64,000 nucleotides of DNA from a virus (taxonomy: Duplodnaviria; Caudoviricetes), in IMG/VR virus record IMGVR_UViG_3300033069_000690, positions 1-64,000 of that record; one strand, given 5' to 3'. Below are positions 15,228 to 24,805 of the stretch, in pieces; positions within the stretch are counted from its first letter, which is position 1; each line of letters begins with the position of its first letter. The notes beneath the pieces were generated by a model, which ran no database searches, was not told the origin of the DNA, and worked only from the letters and a program-made list of their open reading frames with translations. The position numbers and the translations under genes are program-made.

Positions 15228-15530
15228 ATGGCTATATTAACCAAAGAACAAAGACAGCTTATCGAGAAAATTCGTAAGCAAAACGGTAAAGTTTATAACT
15301 TCCATAAAACCTCAGAAGAGCTTCAAGAGTTAGCTTTGGTATTAAACCAAAAGCTATTAAAACCTACTAAGGTTAGCGATCAAGCAATTATCGAAGAAAT
15401 TGGTGATGTAATTATCCGCTTAGAAACTTTAAAACCGTATTTCAACCAAGGTCTTATCTTAGACCGCATAAAATATAAATTAGGAAAGTACAAAAAGTAC
15501 GATGACCACAAACGATACAAACAAATTTGA
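15228..15530 (+). CDS. MazG-like nucleotide pyrophosphohydrolase
   Basis: EELQEL...EEIGDV dimetal-binding motif of the all-alpha NTP-PPase superfamily. Confidence 0.75.
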   Translation: MAILTKEQRQLIEKIRKQNGKVYNFHKTSEELQELALVLNQKLLKPTKVSDQAIIEEIGDVIIRLETLKPYFNQGLILDRIKYKLGKYKKYDDHKRYKQI

Positions 15531-15626
15531 TAGTTTCTTAAGTAGAAACTTAATTCACTACATAGTATTATCAGCATTAGCAGGATACCTAATTGCTGTT
15601 AATTTATTATTACCAAACTTAAAATA

Positions 15627-15839
15627 ATGGTAACCAATGAATTTTTAAATGATTACTTGTTCCATTTAAATCCTTACGAAAACAGATGGTATGGTTTTAA
15701 AAGAGAACATGCAACTCTCTATTTTAATAATAGAGAAGGTATACCAAAAGGTGAATTATATTCAGCATTATCTTCTTGGGAAGTAAAATATCTGATTATT
15801 AATCACCACACATCACCGAAGAAAGCACGTGTAATATAA
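15627..15839 (+). CDS. hypothetical protein
   Basis: 70 aa, TAATG coupling to the next gene. Confidence 0.65.
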   Translation: MVTNEFLNDYLFHLNPYENRWYGFKREHATLYFNNREGIPKGELYSALSSWEVKYLIINHHTSPKKARVI

Positions 15840-16630
15840 TGAGTACTCAAGAATTAGATACTTCAACAATCACCATTAATGTTCGTCACCCAAGAACTCA
15901 GTATTCAGATAAAGAAAGAGAACTCCTAAGAAGTAAATTAGCTATTGCTTTAAGATGGTTAGATTCTTTTAGTTTAGCTGTTTATAACGATCATGTACCA
16001 GTAGAACCTTTCTTAAATAAATTAAATTTTGATCGTTTTGCAGATGCCTTTTCTTTTACAGCATTAGGAGCTTCAGGATTATTTGCAATAAATGGTATGA
16101 ATATCAGTTGTGGTGAAGCTACAATAGGACCATTCCAAATGGGATTCCGTGATGGTAGTTCATATACTATTGTTAGAAATCTAAAATCTGATTTAGGTCG
16201 TCCTACCATTAGTGTTGTTCCTGTTAGATTAAGTATGGATGCTTTAATCAAAGCTAATCTAATCCCTAGTAAAGATACAATTTACTCTCATGAATTATTA
16301 GCTAAGTATTTACTTACTTTCTATATCTATAGAGCAGTGTACTCAGCACACCTTCCAGGTGGTCAAGGAGTATATATATCGTCTTTCTTAAATCAATATG
16401 ATTTCTATTTTAAGTACTTACAATACTTAAACATTTACGTTACTGAATTAGAGTTTAATAACCCTAATACAGGAAACGCAATGACTCAAGTAGTGTGGGA
16501 GTCACGTGATTTTATTCTAAAGTTACTACAGAATGAAATGGATTTAGAAAGATTCTTCTTTGATACGGCTAGTTACATCAAAGAATTACAAGGCTCTACA
16601 AGAGCAGTTGCAGCAGTTAAGTCTAATTAA
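15839..16630 (+). CDS. hypothetical protein, paralogue of 10360 and 18907
   Basis: INGMNISCGEATIGPF and FNNPNTGN motifs. Confidence 0.75.
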   Translation: MSTQELDTSTITINVRHPRTQYSDKERELLRSKLAIALRWLDSFSLAVYNDHVPVEPFLNKLNFDRFADAFSFTALGASGLFAINGMNISCGEATIGPFQMGFRDGSSYTIVRNLKSDLGRPTISVVPVRLSMDALIKANLIPSKDTIYSHELLAKYLLTFYIYRAVYSAHLPGGQGVYISSFLNQYDFYFKYLQYLNIYVTELEFNNPNTGNAMTQVVWESRDFILKLLQNEMDLERFFFDTASYIKELQGSTRAVAAVKSN

Positions 16631-16644
16631 AAAACTACAATACA

Positions 16645-16998
16645 ATGTTAAAAGTTAATGCAGGAAACACAAGTTTCCGTTTTACTTGGTCACATACCAA
16701 CGACCGTAAGGACAAAACAACTGGTAAAGTGGTTGTTCCTGAACAAAAGCGTACTACTATTAAGATGGAAATCTCTCAAGGAGATGCCCCTACTGAAACA
16801 GTAAGTGCTCAAACCTTATTAGGAGCAAAAGATCAGTACAGTAAAGAAGTTGGTCGTAAAATCACCTTAGCTCGTGTACTTCACATGCGCCCATTCGCGA
16901 AAGAGATCCGTAAGGCTATCTGGGAAGCTTACTTAAACCGTGAGCGTCCTAAAAATGTTGAGCACAAAGCAGCAGTACGGGAGCTACAAGTAGCTTAA
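16645..16998 (+). CDS. conserved phage hypothetical protein (DQYSKEVGRKITLAR motif)
   Basis: 117-aa ORF. Confidence 0.75.
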   Translation: MLKVNAGNTSFRFTWSHTNDRKDKTTGKVVVPEQKRTTIKMEISQGDAPTETVSAQTLLGAKDQYSKEVGRKITLARVLHMRPFAKEIRKAIWEAYLNRERPKNVEHKAAVRELQVA

Positions 16999-17008
16999 TT
17001 AAAACATA

Positions 17009-18904
17009 TTGAAAAACGTATTCGTAGTAGGACATAACCCCTTTTTTAATGATTCTTTTTGGAAACCTGCTACAGTAGAACAAGTATTAGAATACTTTAA
17101 AAACAAAGATTCAATTGCGGTGGATACCGAAACAAGCGGAAGAGATCCCCACGTTAAGAAGTTACTGACTTTACAACTTGGGGATGCTTCTGCACAATTT
17201 GTAATAGATCTTAGACATATAGATGTTAAGCTGTTTAAACCTCTATTAGAGGAAAAACTGTTACTTCTACATAACTCTAAGTTTGACTACAAATTCTTAA
17301 AGGCTGCTGGTATTTATATCGAGAAGATATATGATACTATGTTAGCTGAGTGCGTTATCTATAACGGTTATTTTAAATTTGGATATGGATTAGCAGCATT
17401 AGTAAAGAGATATTGTAATGAAGAAATGTCTAAGGAGACTCGTGGAGACTTCTTTAAGCTTTCCTCTAACTATCTAACTGATGAGCAGATAAGATATGCT
17501 GCAAAAGATATCCAACATTTACATGATATTAAAGCACAACAAGAAGCTAATTTAAAATTATACGATCTTGAGTATTGTGCTAACCTAGAATTTGAAGCTG
17601 TAAAGGCTTTAGCTGATATTGAGTGGAATGGTATGTACTTAGACAAAGAAGAGTGGTCTAAAATAGCTGAGAAATATACCGAACTATGCACGAACTTAGA
17701 GTTCGAACTTGACTCAATACTAATAGGAGACAAAGGTAAAAAATTTAAAGCCAATGGGGTTCTAAGCCTCTTTGACGAACAGGTAAGACAGTTACATTAT
17801 AACTACTCATCTCCAACACAAGTACTCTCAATTCTACACAAATTAGGGTTTAAAGTTGATGATACGAACGATCGTACTCTCACTAAATTACTAGGTCAAC
17901 ATCCTTTTATAGATAAATTACAAGAGTATAGAGGAGCTATAACAATAGTTAATCGCTATGGCTATGGTTTCCTTGACTACATTAATAAACATACTGGTAG
18001 GGTTCATACGGACTTCTGGCAGGTACTTAATACAGGACGTGTGTCATCAGGTAATGATGATATGAATGCTCCTAACTTACAAAACATTCCAGCTGATAAC
18101 AAGTTCAGGAATTGCTTCAAAGCAAGACCAGGATTTCTGTGGGTATCCATAGATTATTCCTCACAAGAGCTTAGATTGATGGCTGATGGTAGTAAGGAAG
18201 AAGGCTTTATAGATGTCTTAAACAGAGGAGAAGATTTGCATTGCTATGCAGGTTCTATGATGTTTAAAAGACCTATCACTAAAGCTGATAAAGACCTTAG
18301 AAATAAGGCGAAAACTATTAACTTTGGAAAACCATATGGGATGGGGCCTCCAAAGTTAGCTGATACCTTATCTATACCTATTGAAGAAGCTGAAGAGCTT
18401 TTTAGGGAGTATGGTAAAGCTTTCCCCAAATTAAATAAGTGGCTGGATGAGCAAGCAGCATTTGCTAAAAAGAATGCTTATTCAGTCACTTTCGCACCGT
18501 GTAAAAGACGTAGATGGTATCCTGATATGAAGGAAGCTAGAGAACTACGGGCTTTAGGACGAGACAAACTCTCTAAAGATGACTGGAGGCATATATTACA
18601 AATAGAAGGACAAACAGAAAGGAATGGTATGAACATGCCTATTCAAGGAAGTGGTGCTGATATTTGTAAAGAAGCCTTAGTCGGGGTTAGAAACCTCATT
18701 AGAGATTACAATACAAAATACAATGAAACAGTGGCTTATTTAATATGTACAGTCCATGATGCTATTGATGTAGAAGTTAGAGAAGATCTAGCTGACCAAT
18801 TCTCTGAGGAGATGGCTAAGATTATGATTGAGGCTGGTAATAAATACGTTAGTACAGTAGAAATGGGTGTAGATGTTACAATAACCCCTGTATGGGTCAA
18901 ATAA
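17009..18904 (+). CDS. polA: family A DNA polymerase with 3'-5' exonuclease
   Basis: ExoI DTETSG, ExoII HNSKFD, ExoIII YAAKD; motif A DYSSQELR, motif B KTINFGKPYG, motif C VHDAI. Confidence 0.95.
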   Translation: MKNVFVVGHNPFFNDSFWKPATVEQVLEYFKNKDSIAVDTETSGRDPHVKKLLTLQLGDASAQFVIDLRHIDVKLFKPLLEEKLLLLHNSKFDYKFLKAAGIYIEKIYDTMLAECVIYNGYFKFGYGLAALVKRYCNEEMSKETRGDFFKLSSNYLTDEQIRYAAKDIQHLHDIKAQQEANLKLYDLEYCANLEFEAVKALADIEWNGMYLDKEEWSKIAEKYTELCTNLEFELDSILIGDKGKKFKANGVLSLFDEQVRQLHYNYSSPTQVLSILHKLGFKVDDTNDRTLTKLLGQHPFIDKLQEYRGAITIVNRYGYGFLDYINKHTGRVHTDFWQVLNTGRVSSGNDDMNAPNLQNIPADNKFRNCFKARPGFLWVSIDYSSQELRLMADGSKEEGFIDVLNRGEDLHCYAGSMMFKRPITKADKDLRNKAKTINFGKPYGMGPPKLADTLSIPIEEAEELFREYGKAFPKLNKWLDEQAAFAKKNAYSVTFAPCKRRRWYPDMKEARELRALGRDKLSKDDWRHILQIEGQTERNGMNMPIQGSGADICKEALVGVRNLIRDYNTKYNETVAYLICTVHDAIDVEVREDLADQFSEEMAKIMIEAGNKYVSTVEMGVDVTITPVWVK

Positions 18905-18906
18905 TT

Positions 18907-19419
18907 ATGGAAGTAACAATTCCTCAATCAACACTTTCCTATGGAAATCCACTACAATTTACTAAAATTGGTAAATTAACTTATCCAGCAACAGTTTGGA
19001 TAAATGGAGATAGTTCTAACTGTAAATTATCATATATTCATGGTATAGGAGCTCTAGGAATACTTACTAAAGAAGAATTAAAACAAGTAGTAAACAGATG
19101 TTTACAAGATTGTAAAGGAGCTGTTTATATAAACAGTACAAACAAACAAGTAATTTCATACCTAAAGGAACTTTACCCTACTTACTCTTATACTGAAGTA
19201 CCAATTGGTTATAATACAGGATTTCAATACCATATTCTAATTAAGAATACAGTAAAAGTTAATGATAACTGTAGAAACCCAACAGCTCCAGTTGCTGCTG
19301 CACCACAAATACCTGCTTCAGCTATATCTCATAATTACGTTCGAACGAAGTTAACTGAACTTTTAAAGAAGAAGCGTCGTAAAACAGATATAGTTGAAGA
19401 ATTTATTAAAATGTTGTAA
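18907..19419 (+). CDS. hypothetical protein, paralogue of 10360 and 15839 (start moved to ATG 18907)
   Basis: INGDSSNCKLSYIHGI motif. Confidence 0.7.
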   Translation: MEVTIPQSTLSYGNPLQFTKIGKLTYPATVWINGDSSNCKLSYIHGIGALGILTKEELKQVVNRCLQDCKGAVYINSTNKQVISYLKELYPTYSYTEVPIGYNTGFQYHILIKNTVKVNDNCRNPTAPVAAAPQIPASAISHNYVRTKLTELLKKKRRKTDIVEEFIKML

Positions 19420-19420
19420 A

Positions 19421-19909
19421 ATGGTATTAGATAAAAAAAACCAAGAACAATACGTAGAAACTGTTAAGAATTACACCACACTTGATGAATTCGCTGCGGA
19501 AATTTTCTTCCTGCCTAGAACAAAATCTATAGGATTGATCTATTTCCAGTCAAACAATTTTCTATTACTATATGATCTTGTAGAAAAAGATTTCAAAGAA
19601 TGTTTTGATAAAGAATTAATTCGTATTAGAAAAACTGCTAGTTCTCACTCTGTTAAGATTGAGGATTTAGACAATTATCTTAAGAAGTTAGATATGAAGT
19701 ATAAAGCTGATATAGGATTTTCTATAACAGAACTTACCTCTAGAACATCTAAGAAGGCAAAAGTTAAAGAAGAGAAAAAATACGACTGGGACCAAATGCC
19801 TTCGTATGGCTACAGAATGTACACCAGAGCAGGAGTAGGTTCTGCTGCTCAGATGCTCGGTATAGATCCACAACCTTTAGGTGTAGAAATCCCTCCTCCA
19901 AATGGCTAA
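19421..19909 (+). CDS. hypothetical protein (start moved to ATG 19421)
   Basis: In-frame ATG 1 nt after the upstream stop. Confidence 0.7.
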   Translation: MVLDKKNQEQYVETVKNYTTLDEFAAEIFFLPRTKSIGLIYFQSNNFLLLYDLVEKDFKECFDKELIRIRKTASSHSVKIEDLDNYLKKLDMKYKADIGFSITELTSRTSKKAKVKEEKKYDWDQMPSYGYRMYTRAGVGSAAQMLGIDPQPLGVEIPPPNG

Positions 19910-20804
19910 ACAAATAAAAATGAAAAGAGTCTTCAGATGTAATTTCTGTTTTGACTCTAAAGAAATCTGGGATGGTATTAAAAAACAATACTATCCTTGT
20001 ACTAAGTGTAGTAGAGATGATAATCATCTTGAAAATGCAGTAGGAGCTGGAAGAGGCGGTATAAGATTCCAAATCCAAGATCCTCCTCCAGGTTTTATGG
20101 GAAGAGCCCGAAGAGATGCTTATGTTAGACTGTTTCGTCCAGGAGGATTTCATACAAAGCTTTACTATTCTCAAGGTCGAAGATTTGAAAATAATGCTCC
20201 TATAGTAGCTTTAATTAGGGTTCAGAATAATAATATGGAATATTTAAAAGCAGGTAATACATATCTACAATTGACTGATAATACTTCTGTATTATTAGGA
20301 ACTCCTAATGATCAACTAGCAATCCATATGCATAGTATTATTGTACCTAGATTAGGTGAAAATGGGGTTAATCATGATATACTAAGTACTAGGGTAACTC
20401 CTCGGGAAGATTTAGAAACTTTTGCTAGGAATTTCCATGCTGAAAAAAATGTACACATCGCTATAATGAGTAATGATGTATTTGCAGCAAGTGAAGCCTT
20501 ACAACCTTTTCAACATTTCCAACCTGCATTTAATTTAGGAAGTCCTGCTTATCTTATGCAACTTAATCAATTCTCTGAGATGTTTAATGCATTAGCTGAT
20601 AATCCTGATGCAGGTGTAATACCTGCTGATGGATTAGATGGTGCTGATGCCCCTGTACGAGATCGTGAGCCTTTACCTGAAGAGATTGAAAGACTTAGAA
20701 TGGAAGAATTAGTTGAGCCTTTAACATTTGATAATGTAGTTATCGAAGGCGAAGACCTTGATGAGGATGATGCCTTAAACATGGATTTCGAAGAGGAGGA
20801 TTAA
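19902..20804 (+). CDS. hypothetical protein with N-terminal CxxC...CxxC and a strongly acidic C-terminus
   Basis: CNFC and CTKC; ends EGEDLDEDDALNMDFEEED. Confidence 0.75.
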   Translation: MAKQIKMKRVFRCNFCFDSKEIWDGIKKQYYPCTKCSRDDNHLENAVGAGRGGIRFQIQDPPPGFMGRARRDAYVRLFRPGGFHTKLYYSQGRRFENNAPIVALIRVQNNNMEYLKAGNTYLQLTDNTSVLLGTPNDQLAIHMHSIIVPRLGENGVNHDILSTRVTPREDLETFARNFHAEKNVHIAIMSNDVFAASEALQPFQHFQPAFNLGSPAYLMQLNQFSEMFNALADNPDAGVIPADGLDGADAPVRDREPLPEEIERLRMEELVEPLTFDNVVIEGEDLDEDDALNMDFEEED

Positions 20805-21355
20805 TGAATTTTCTAATAAACACAACAAAGCTTGATAAACTCGATGTAACGCCCAATCAATACACAATTATTTGGGCTATCGCGAACAACAAGATTGAGC
20901 AGATTATGCAAGTATATAAACCTGATGAGGTTGATATTGCTGTATTAGTAAGTAGAGGGTATTTATTACCCCCTACTAGCTCCTCTGGTATATTTGCGTT
21001 TGAAGAAGAGAATATTAAGCTGTGTCAAAAACACATAGGTACAGACCTTGACTTTGTTGAGGACTGGATTAAATTATTTCCTGAAAGCATTAAGAGTGGA
21101 GGCTATTATGTAAGATCTTCAGAGAAAGGAGTAAAGAAGAAGTTTATAACTTTCTTCAATCAGTATGATTTCTCACCCGAAGAAGTATTGCGAGCTACTG
21201 AAAAGTATATCGAAGAAATGCGAAGTAAAGGTTGGAGAGGCATACAATTAGCTGTTAATTTTATAGAGAAAGACGGAAACAGCAACTTAGCAAACTACTG
21301 CACAGAGATGGGAAAAGAACCTGATTCTGATGCGGACTTTTCACGAAATGCCTAA
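20804..21355 (+). CDS. putative replication initiator / helicase-associated winged-helix protein
   Basis: Located just before DnaB; N-terminal wHTH-like segment and a C-terminal region resembling initiator domains. Confidence 0.55.
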   Translation: MNFLINTTKLDKLDVTPNQYTIIWAIANNKIEQIMQVYKPDEVDIAVLVSRGYLLPPTSSSGIFAFEEENIKLCQKHIGTDLDFVEDWIKLFPESIKSGGYYVRSSEKGVKKKFITFFNQYDFSPEEVLRATEKYIEEMRSKGWRGIQLAVNFIEKDGNSNLANYCTEMGKEPDSDADFSRNA

Positions 21356-21363
21356 ACTAATAA

Positions 21364-22449
21364 ATGTTATTTGATCGCGCGTGGAGTAAGATTGAGGAGA
21401 ATAGAAAAAACGAGATCAATTGTATTCCATTTGGCTTCCCTCGATTTGAGGAGTACTTACCAGGAATTGAGCAGAAGATGTATTACATCATGACAGCCAA
21501 TAGCGGCGTTGGTAAGAGCCAAATAACTGATAACATGTTTCTCTATGCACCTTATAACTTTTACTTACGCTCCTTTAAGGAAGGTAAAATAGATTTAAAA
21601 ATCTTTTATTTTTCCTTAGAAATGGATGCAGAAAGTAAGGTTATTCAAGGAATGAGTAAACACTTATACAGTCGATACGGAATTAAAACAGACGTAAAAC
21701 AAATTCTTAGTAAAACTAAAAATAGTTTACCTGAAGAAACATATCAAGCATTATACAAAACGAAACAGTATTTTGACCATCTAGAGAGTGTAGTAACAAT
21801 CATTGATGATCAGTTAAGTCCATTAGAGATCAATAAGATCGTGACTAACTATGCATTAAGAAATGGAAAAGAAGTTATGCACCAAGGAAAAGATGGGAAA
21901 GAATACTTCTCACATTACGAGCCTAACAATCCTAATAAGTACACAATATTTATTACGGATCACTTGGCTGAGTTATCTCTTAGTAGAGATCCTGCTACAG
22001 GAAGAACGTTGGACATTAAGGCTACCATAGAGCAGCATAGTGATTTCAATAGGATAAACAGGAATAAGTATGGATACACTTTTGTCGATGTACAACAGCA
22101 GGCTGCTTCGAAAGAAGACCAGGAGTTCTATCAAGGACTATCCATTACCACTAAGCTTGAGCCTTCATTAGCAGGGCTAGGTGAAAGTAAATTAACTCAA
22201 AGAAAAGCCAATGTAGTGTTAGGGTTATTTGCGCCTAATAGATTTGAGCTGCCTTCGTATCGCGGTTACAATATCAAAGCGTTAAATGATAACTTCAGAA
22301 GTCTTTCTATTCTTAAGAACAGAAATGGAGCTTCTAATATTCATGTGGGATTATATTTTGATGGTGCTGTCAACTATTTTCAAGAATTACCAAGAGCTAA
22401 CGAAATGGCCGCTAGCCAATACGAATATTTCACAAATAAAGCTAGGTAA
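21364..22449 (+). CDS. dnaB: DnaB-like (SF4) replicative helicase
   Basis: Walker A ANSGVGKS, FSLEMD, ITDHL, VQQQA and LKNRNG. Confidence 0.88.
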   Translation: MLFDRAWSKIEENRKNEINCIPFGFPRFEEYLPGIEQKMYYIMTANSGVGKSQITDNMFLYAPYNFYLRSFKEGKIDLKIFYFSLEMDAESKVIQGMSKHLYSRYGIKTDVKQILSKTKNSLPEETYQALYKTKQYFDHLESVVTIIDDQLSPLEINKIVTNYALRNGKEVMHQGKDGKEYFSHYEPNNPNKYTIFITDHLAELSLSRDPATGRTLDIKATIEQHSDFNRINRNKYGYTFVDVQQQAASKEDQEFYQGLSITTKLEPSLAGLGESKLTQRKANVVLGLFAPNRFELPSYRGYNIKALNDNFRSLSILKNRNGASNIHVGLYFDGAVNYFQELPRANEMAASQYEYFTNKAR

Positions 22450-22757
22450 TGGAAAAAGATAGAGCAGACAGATATAATGAAGGTAAACTACAGTGGCATC
22501 TAGTAGATTGGAAGTCACTTGAACCAATGGTAGAAGTGTTAATGTTTGGTGCTAAGAAATATGCGCCTAACAATTGGAAACGTGGGTTAGACCCAGATGA
22601 AATTCTTGACAGTACAATGCGGCATTTAACTGCTATAATGAACAGTCAGGAGTATGATGAAGAGTCTAAAAAGCATCACATGGGTCATGTCATGTGTAAT
22701 GCTATGTTCTATTTACACTTCTACAATAAAACCAAAAAAGCTAATGAGATTCATTAA
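22449..22757 (+). CDS. dATP/dGTP diphosphohydrolase domain protein (DUF5664-like)
   Basis: RYNEGKLQWHLV, FGAKKYAPNNW, STMRHL and HMGHVMCNAMF. Confidence 0.85.
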   Translation: MEKDRADRYNEGKLQWHLVDWKSLEPMVEVLMFGAKKYAPNNWKRGLDPDEILDSTMRHLTAIMNSQEYDEESKKHHMGHVMCNAMFYLHFYNKTKKANEIH

Positions 22758-23127
22758 GCAACCGTCTTACGGTAAGCATTGCATTCTTGTAAAAGAAGAA
22801 TGTATCGAAGTACGTCTGATGAAAAAACCAGACGAAGAGCCTACAATTATGAATACTATCCTTAAGAAAGGAAAGTTAGAAAACATTGAACAGGCATTAG
22901 CACATTTAACCCGTTTTGAGGTACTCAATAGCGGGAAGACCTTCAGTACCATGAAGGAATTTAACATGGAACTACGCGAGCAGTTTAGAAAGGTAGCAGA
23001 AGAGTATGAAGCTGATACCAGTGGAGAAGAAGAAGTAGAGCATGAGCAACACGATACTGCTGCCAACGGAGAAGACCAAGGCAACCCGGAAGTCGCCGAG
23101 GGTCCTGTTGGTTTACAGCAAACCTAA
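22744..23127 (+). CDS. hypothetical protein (start moved to ATG 22744)
   Basis: In-frame ATG overlapping the upstream stop region. Confidence 0.6.
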   Translation: MRFIKQPSYGKHCILVKEECIEVRLMKKPDEEPTIMNTILKKGKLENIEQALAHLTRFEVLNSGKTFSTMKEFNMELREQFRKVAEEYEADTSGEEEVEHEQHDTAANGEDQGNPEVAEGPVGLQQT

Positions 23128-23776
23128 GGTTGGTAAAACAACCATTTTATCTCATCTAGAGAATTGTTTAATCCTTGATTTTGAAAAGGGTACAGAGTTC
23201 GTAGATAGCATGGCGATTCAAGTAGAATCGTTAGACCAACTACGAGCTATAGGAGAAGCTATTAAAGAGAAAGGCTACCCGTACAAATACATTGCAGTAG
23301 ATACTGTAACTAAACTAGAAGATTTATGTTTAGGATTAGCACTAAAACTGTATAAACAAACACCACTAGGAAAATCGTTTTCGGGGGAGAGCGTATTGAC
23401 CTTACCAAATGGTGCTGGTTATTACTGGCTAAGACTAGCGTATGAGAAGATTATTACTTACATTGAGACATTTGCTCCTAATGTGATACTAGTCGGACAC
23501 GTTCTAGATAAGATTACAGAAGTTAGCGGTAAGGAAGTAAACTCACAAGATATAGATTTGACTGGAAAGATCAAACGTATAGCTTGTCAGGATGCTGATG
23601 CTATCGCTTATATGTTTAGAGAAGGTAACAACACCTATTTAAATTTTGCAAGCTCTGATACTATTGCTTGCGGCGCACGTCCTGCTCACTTGAAAGGTAA
23701 GAAAATTCTTATCGCTGAAAGTAATGATGCAGGAGAAATTACCAGTACACATTGGAATCAAATTTTTATCGACTAA
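23042..23776 (+). CDS. AAA_24/Sak4-like P-loop ATPase (recombination/annealing)
   Basis: YSKPKVGKTT Walker A, ILDFEKG, AVDTVT and ILVGH. Confidence 0.85.
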   Translation: MSNTILLPTEKTKATRKSPRVLLVYSKPKVGKTTILSHLENCLILDFEKGTEFVDSMAIQVESLDQLRAIGEAIKEKGYPYKYIAVDTVTKLEDLCLGLALKLYKQTPLGKSFSGESVLTLPNGAGYYWLRLAYEKIITYIETFAPNVILVGHVLDKITEVSGKEVNSQDIDLTGKIKRIACQDADAIAYMFREGNNTYLNFASSDTIACGARPAHLKGKKILIAESNDAGEITSTHWNQIFID

Positions 23777-24153
23777 TGAAAAATACCACTAAGACACCAA
23801 AAGATACATTTTTTACAACTAAGACAACTATGCGTAAAACGACACGAACTAGTCAACCTTCGATTCAACCCCTCCGTCACGGGCAAATCAGTGCAATGAT
23901 TCGTGATGTTCTAAACACTAACCCGAATGCTTCTACTACTGAAGTGTATGCGTCTATGTTACGTAAAATGGGAGTTTCATTACGTAATACCTCTTTAGAA
24001 AGCTATTTACGTCGTATGAGTTCATATCCTAACTATTCTTCTGTAGAGAAGATTTATACGGCTATGAAGCGTGTTAAAACACCTGTGCCTGCAAAAACTA
24101 TTTCAGGGACGGTAAAACAAGTTACAGTACACGTAAAGCGTAACAAATCCTAA
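23776..24153 (+). CDS. basic, probably DNA-binding protein (start moved to ATG 23776)
   Basis: TAATG coupling; Lys/Arg/Thr-rich with helical repeats. Confidence 0.6.
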   Translation: MKNTTKTPKDTFFTTKTTMRKTTRTSQPSIQPLRHGQISAMIRDVLNTNPNASTTEVYASMLRKMGVSLRNTSLESYLRRMSSYPNYSSVEKIYTAMKRVKTPVPAKTISGTVKQVTVHVKRNKS

Positions 24154-24215
24154 CTTATAATTAAGTAAATCATCACTTTTTAAATACCCCTTTTTCAACT
24201 TAATTAAGATTAAAC

Positions 24216-24767
24216 ATGTTTGATATTGAAAACATTAAAGAGTCATCTGGAAATGGCTCTAACTCGAAATACCTAAGTAAAGGTATTAACCAGAACGTAA
24301 CAATCGGTACAATTTTAGGAGTAACGCCTGGTGAAGGTCGTTCCCCTTACATTTCTATCACCCTCTTTAAGTCTAATTCCACTGAGGAAGAAGGCGGACG
24401 AGATTTTAAACTTTATATGAGTGATAAGGCTAAAACTGGCTCACTCACAAAGCTATTACACTTAGCTGGTAAAGTTGTACCTAAAGAAGCTGTTGTAGCT
24501 GCTGATAAACAATCTAAGACATTAGAAGACTTTTGTGTGGAATTAAACCGCCTTATGAAAGGAAAAACTATTGACTGGTTTAAATTAGCTGCTGAGCAGT
24601 ACATGAACGCTAACCAAGAAATCAAGGATAGAGTTCAAATCGGATTTGTACCTTTCGCTGAGCAAGGCGAGAAGTGTACATTAACCTATGATGAGTCTAA
24701 AGAAGCTGATTACAAAAAGCTTCCTGTACCAGAAGTATCTGAAGGTACAGATGACTTACCATTCTAA
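24216..24767 (+). CDS. ssb: single-stranded DNA-binding protein
   Basis: Acidic C-terminal tail EGTDDLPF; sits between the ATPase and the primase. Confidence 0.7.
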   Translation: MFDIENIKESSGNGSNSKYLSKGINQNVTIGTILGVTPGEGRSPYISITLFKSNSTEEEGGRDFKLYMSDKAKTGSLTKLLHLAGKVVPKEAVVAADKQSKTLEDFCVELNRLMKGKTIDWFKLAAEQYMNANQEIKDRVQIGFVPFAEQGEKCTLTYDESKEADYKKLPVPEVSEGTDDLPF

Positions 24768-24780
24768 TAAAAAACAAAAT

Positions 24781-24801
24781 GGGGGCTTCGGCCCCCTTTT
24801 T
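24781..24801 (+). terminator. intrinsic terminator
   Basis: GGGGGC-TTCG-GCCCCC followed by TTTTT. Confidence 0.85.
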
Positions 24802-24805
24802 ATCT

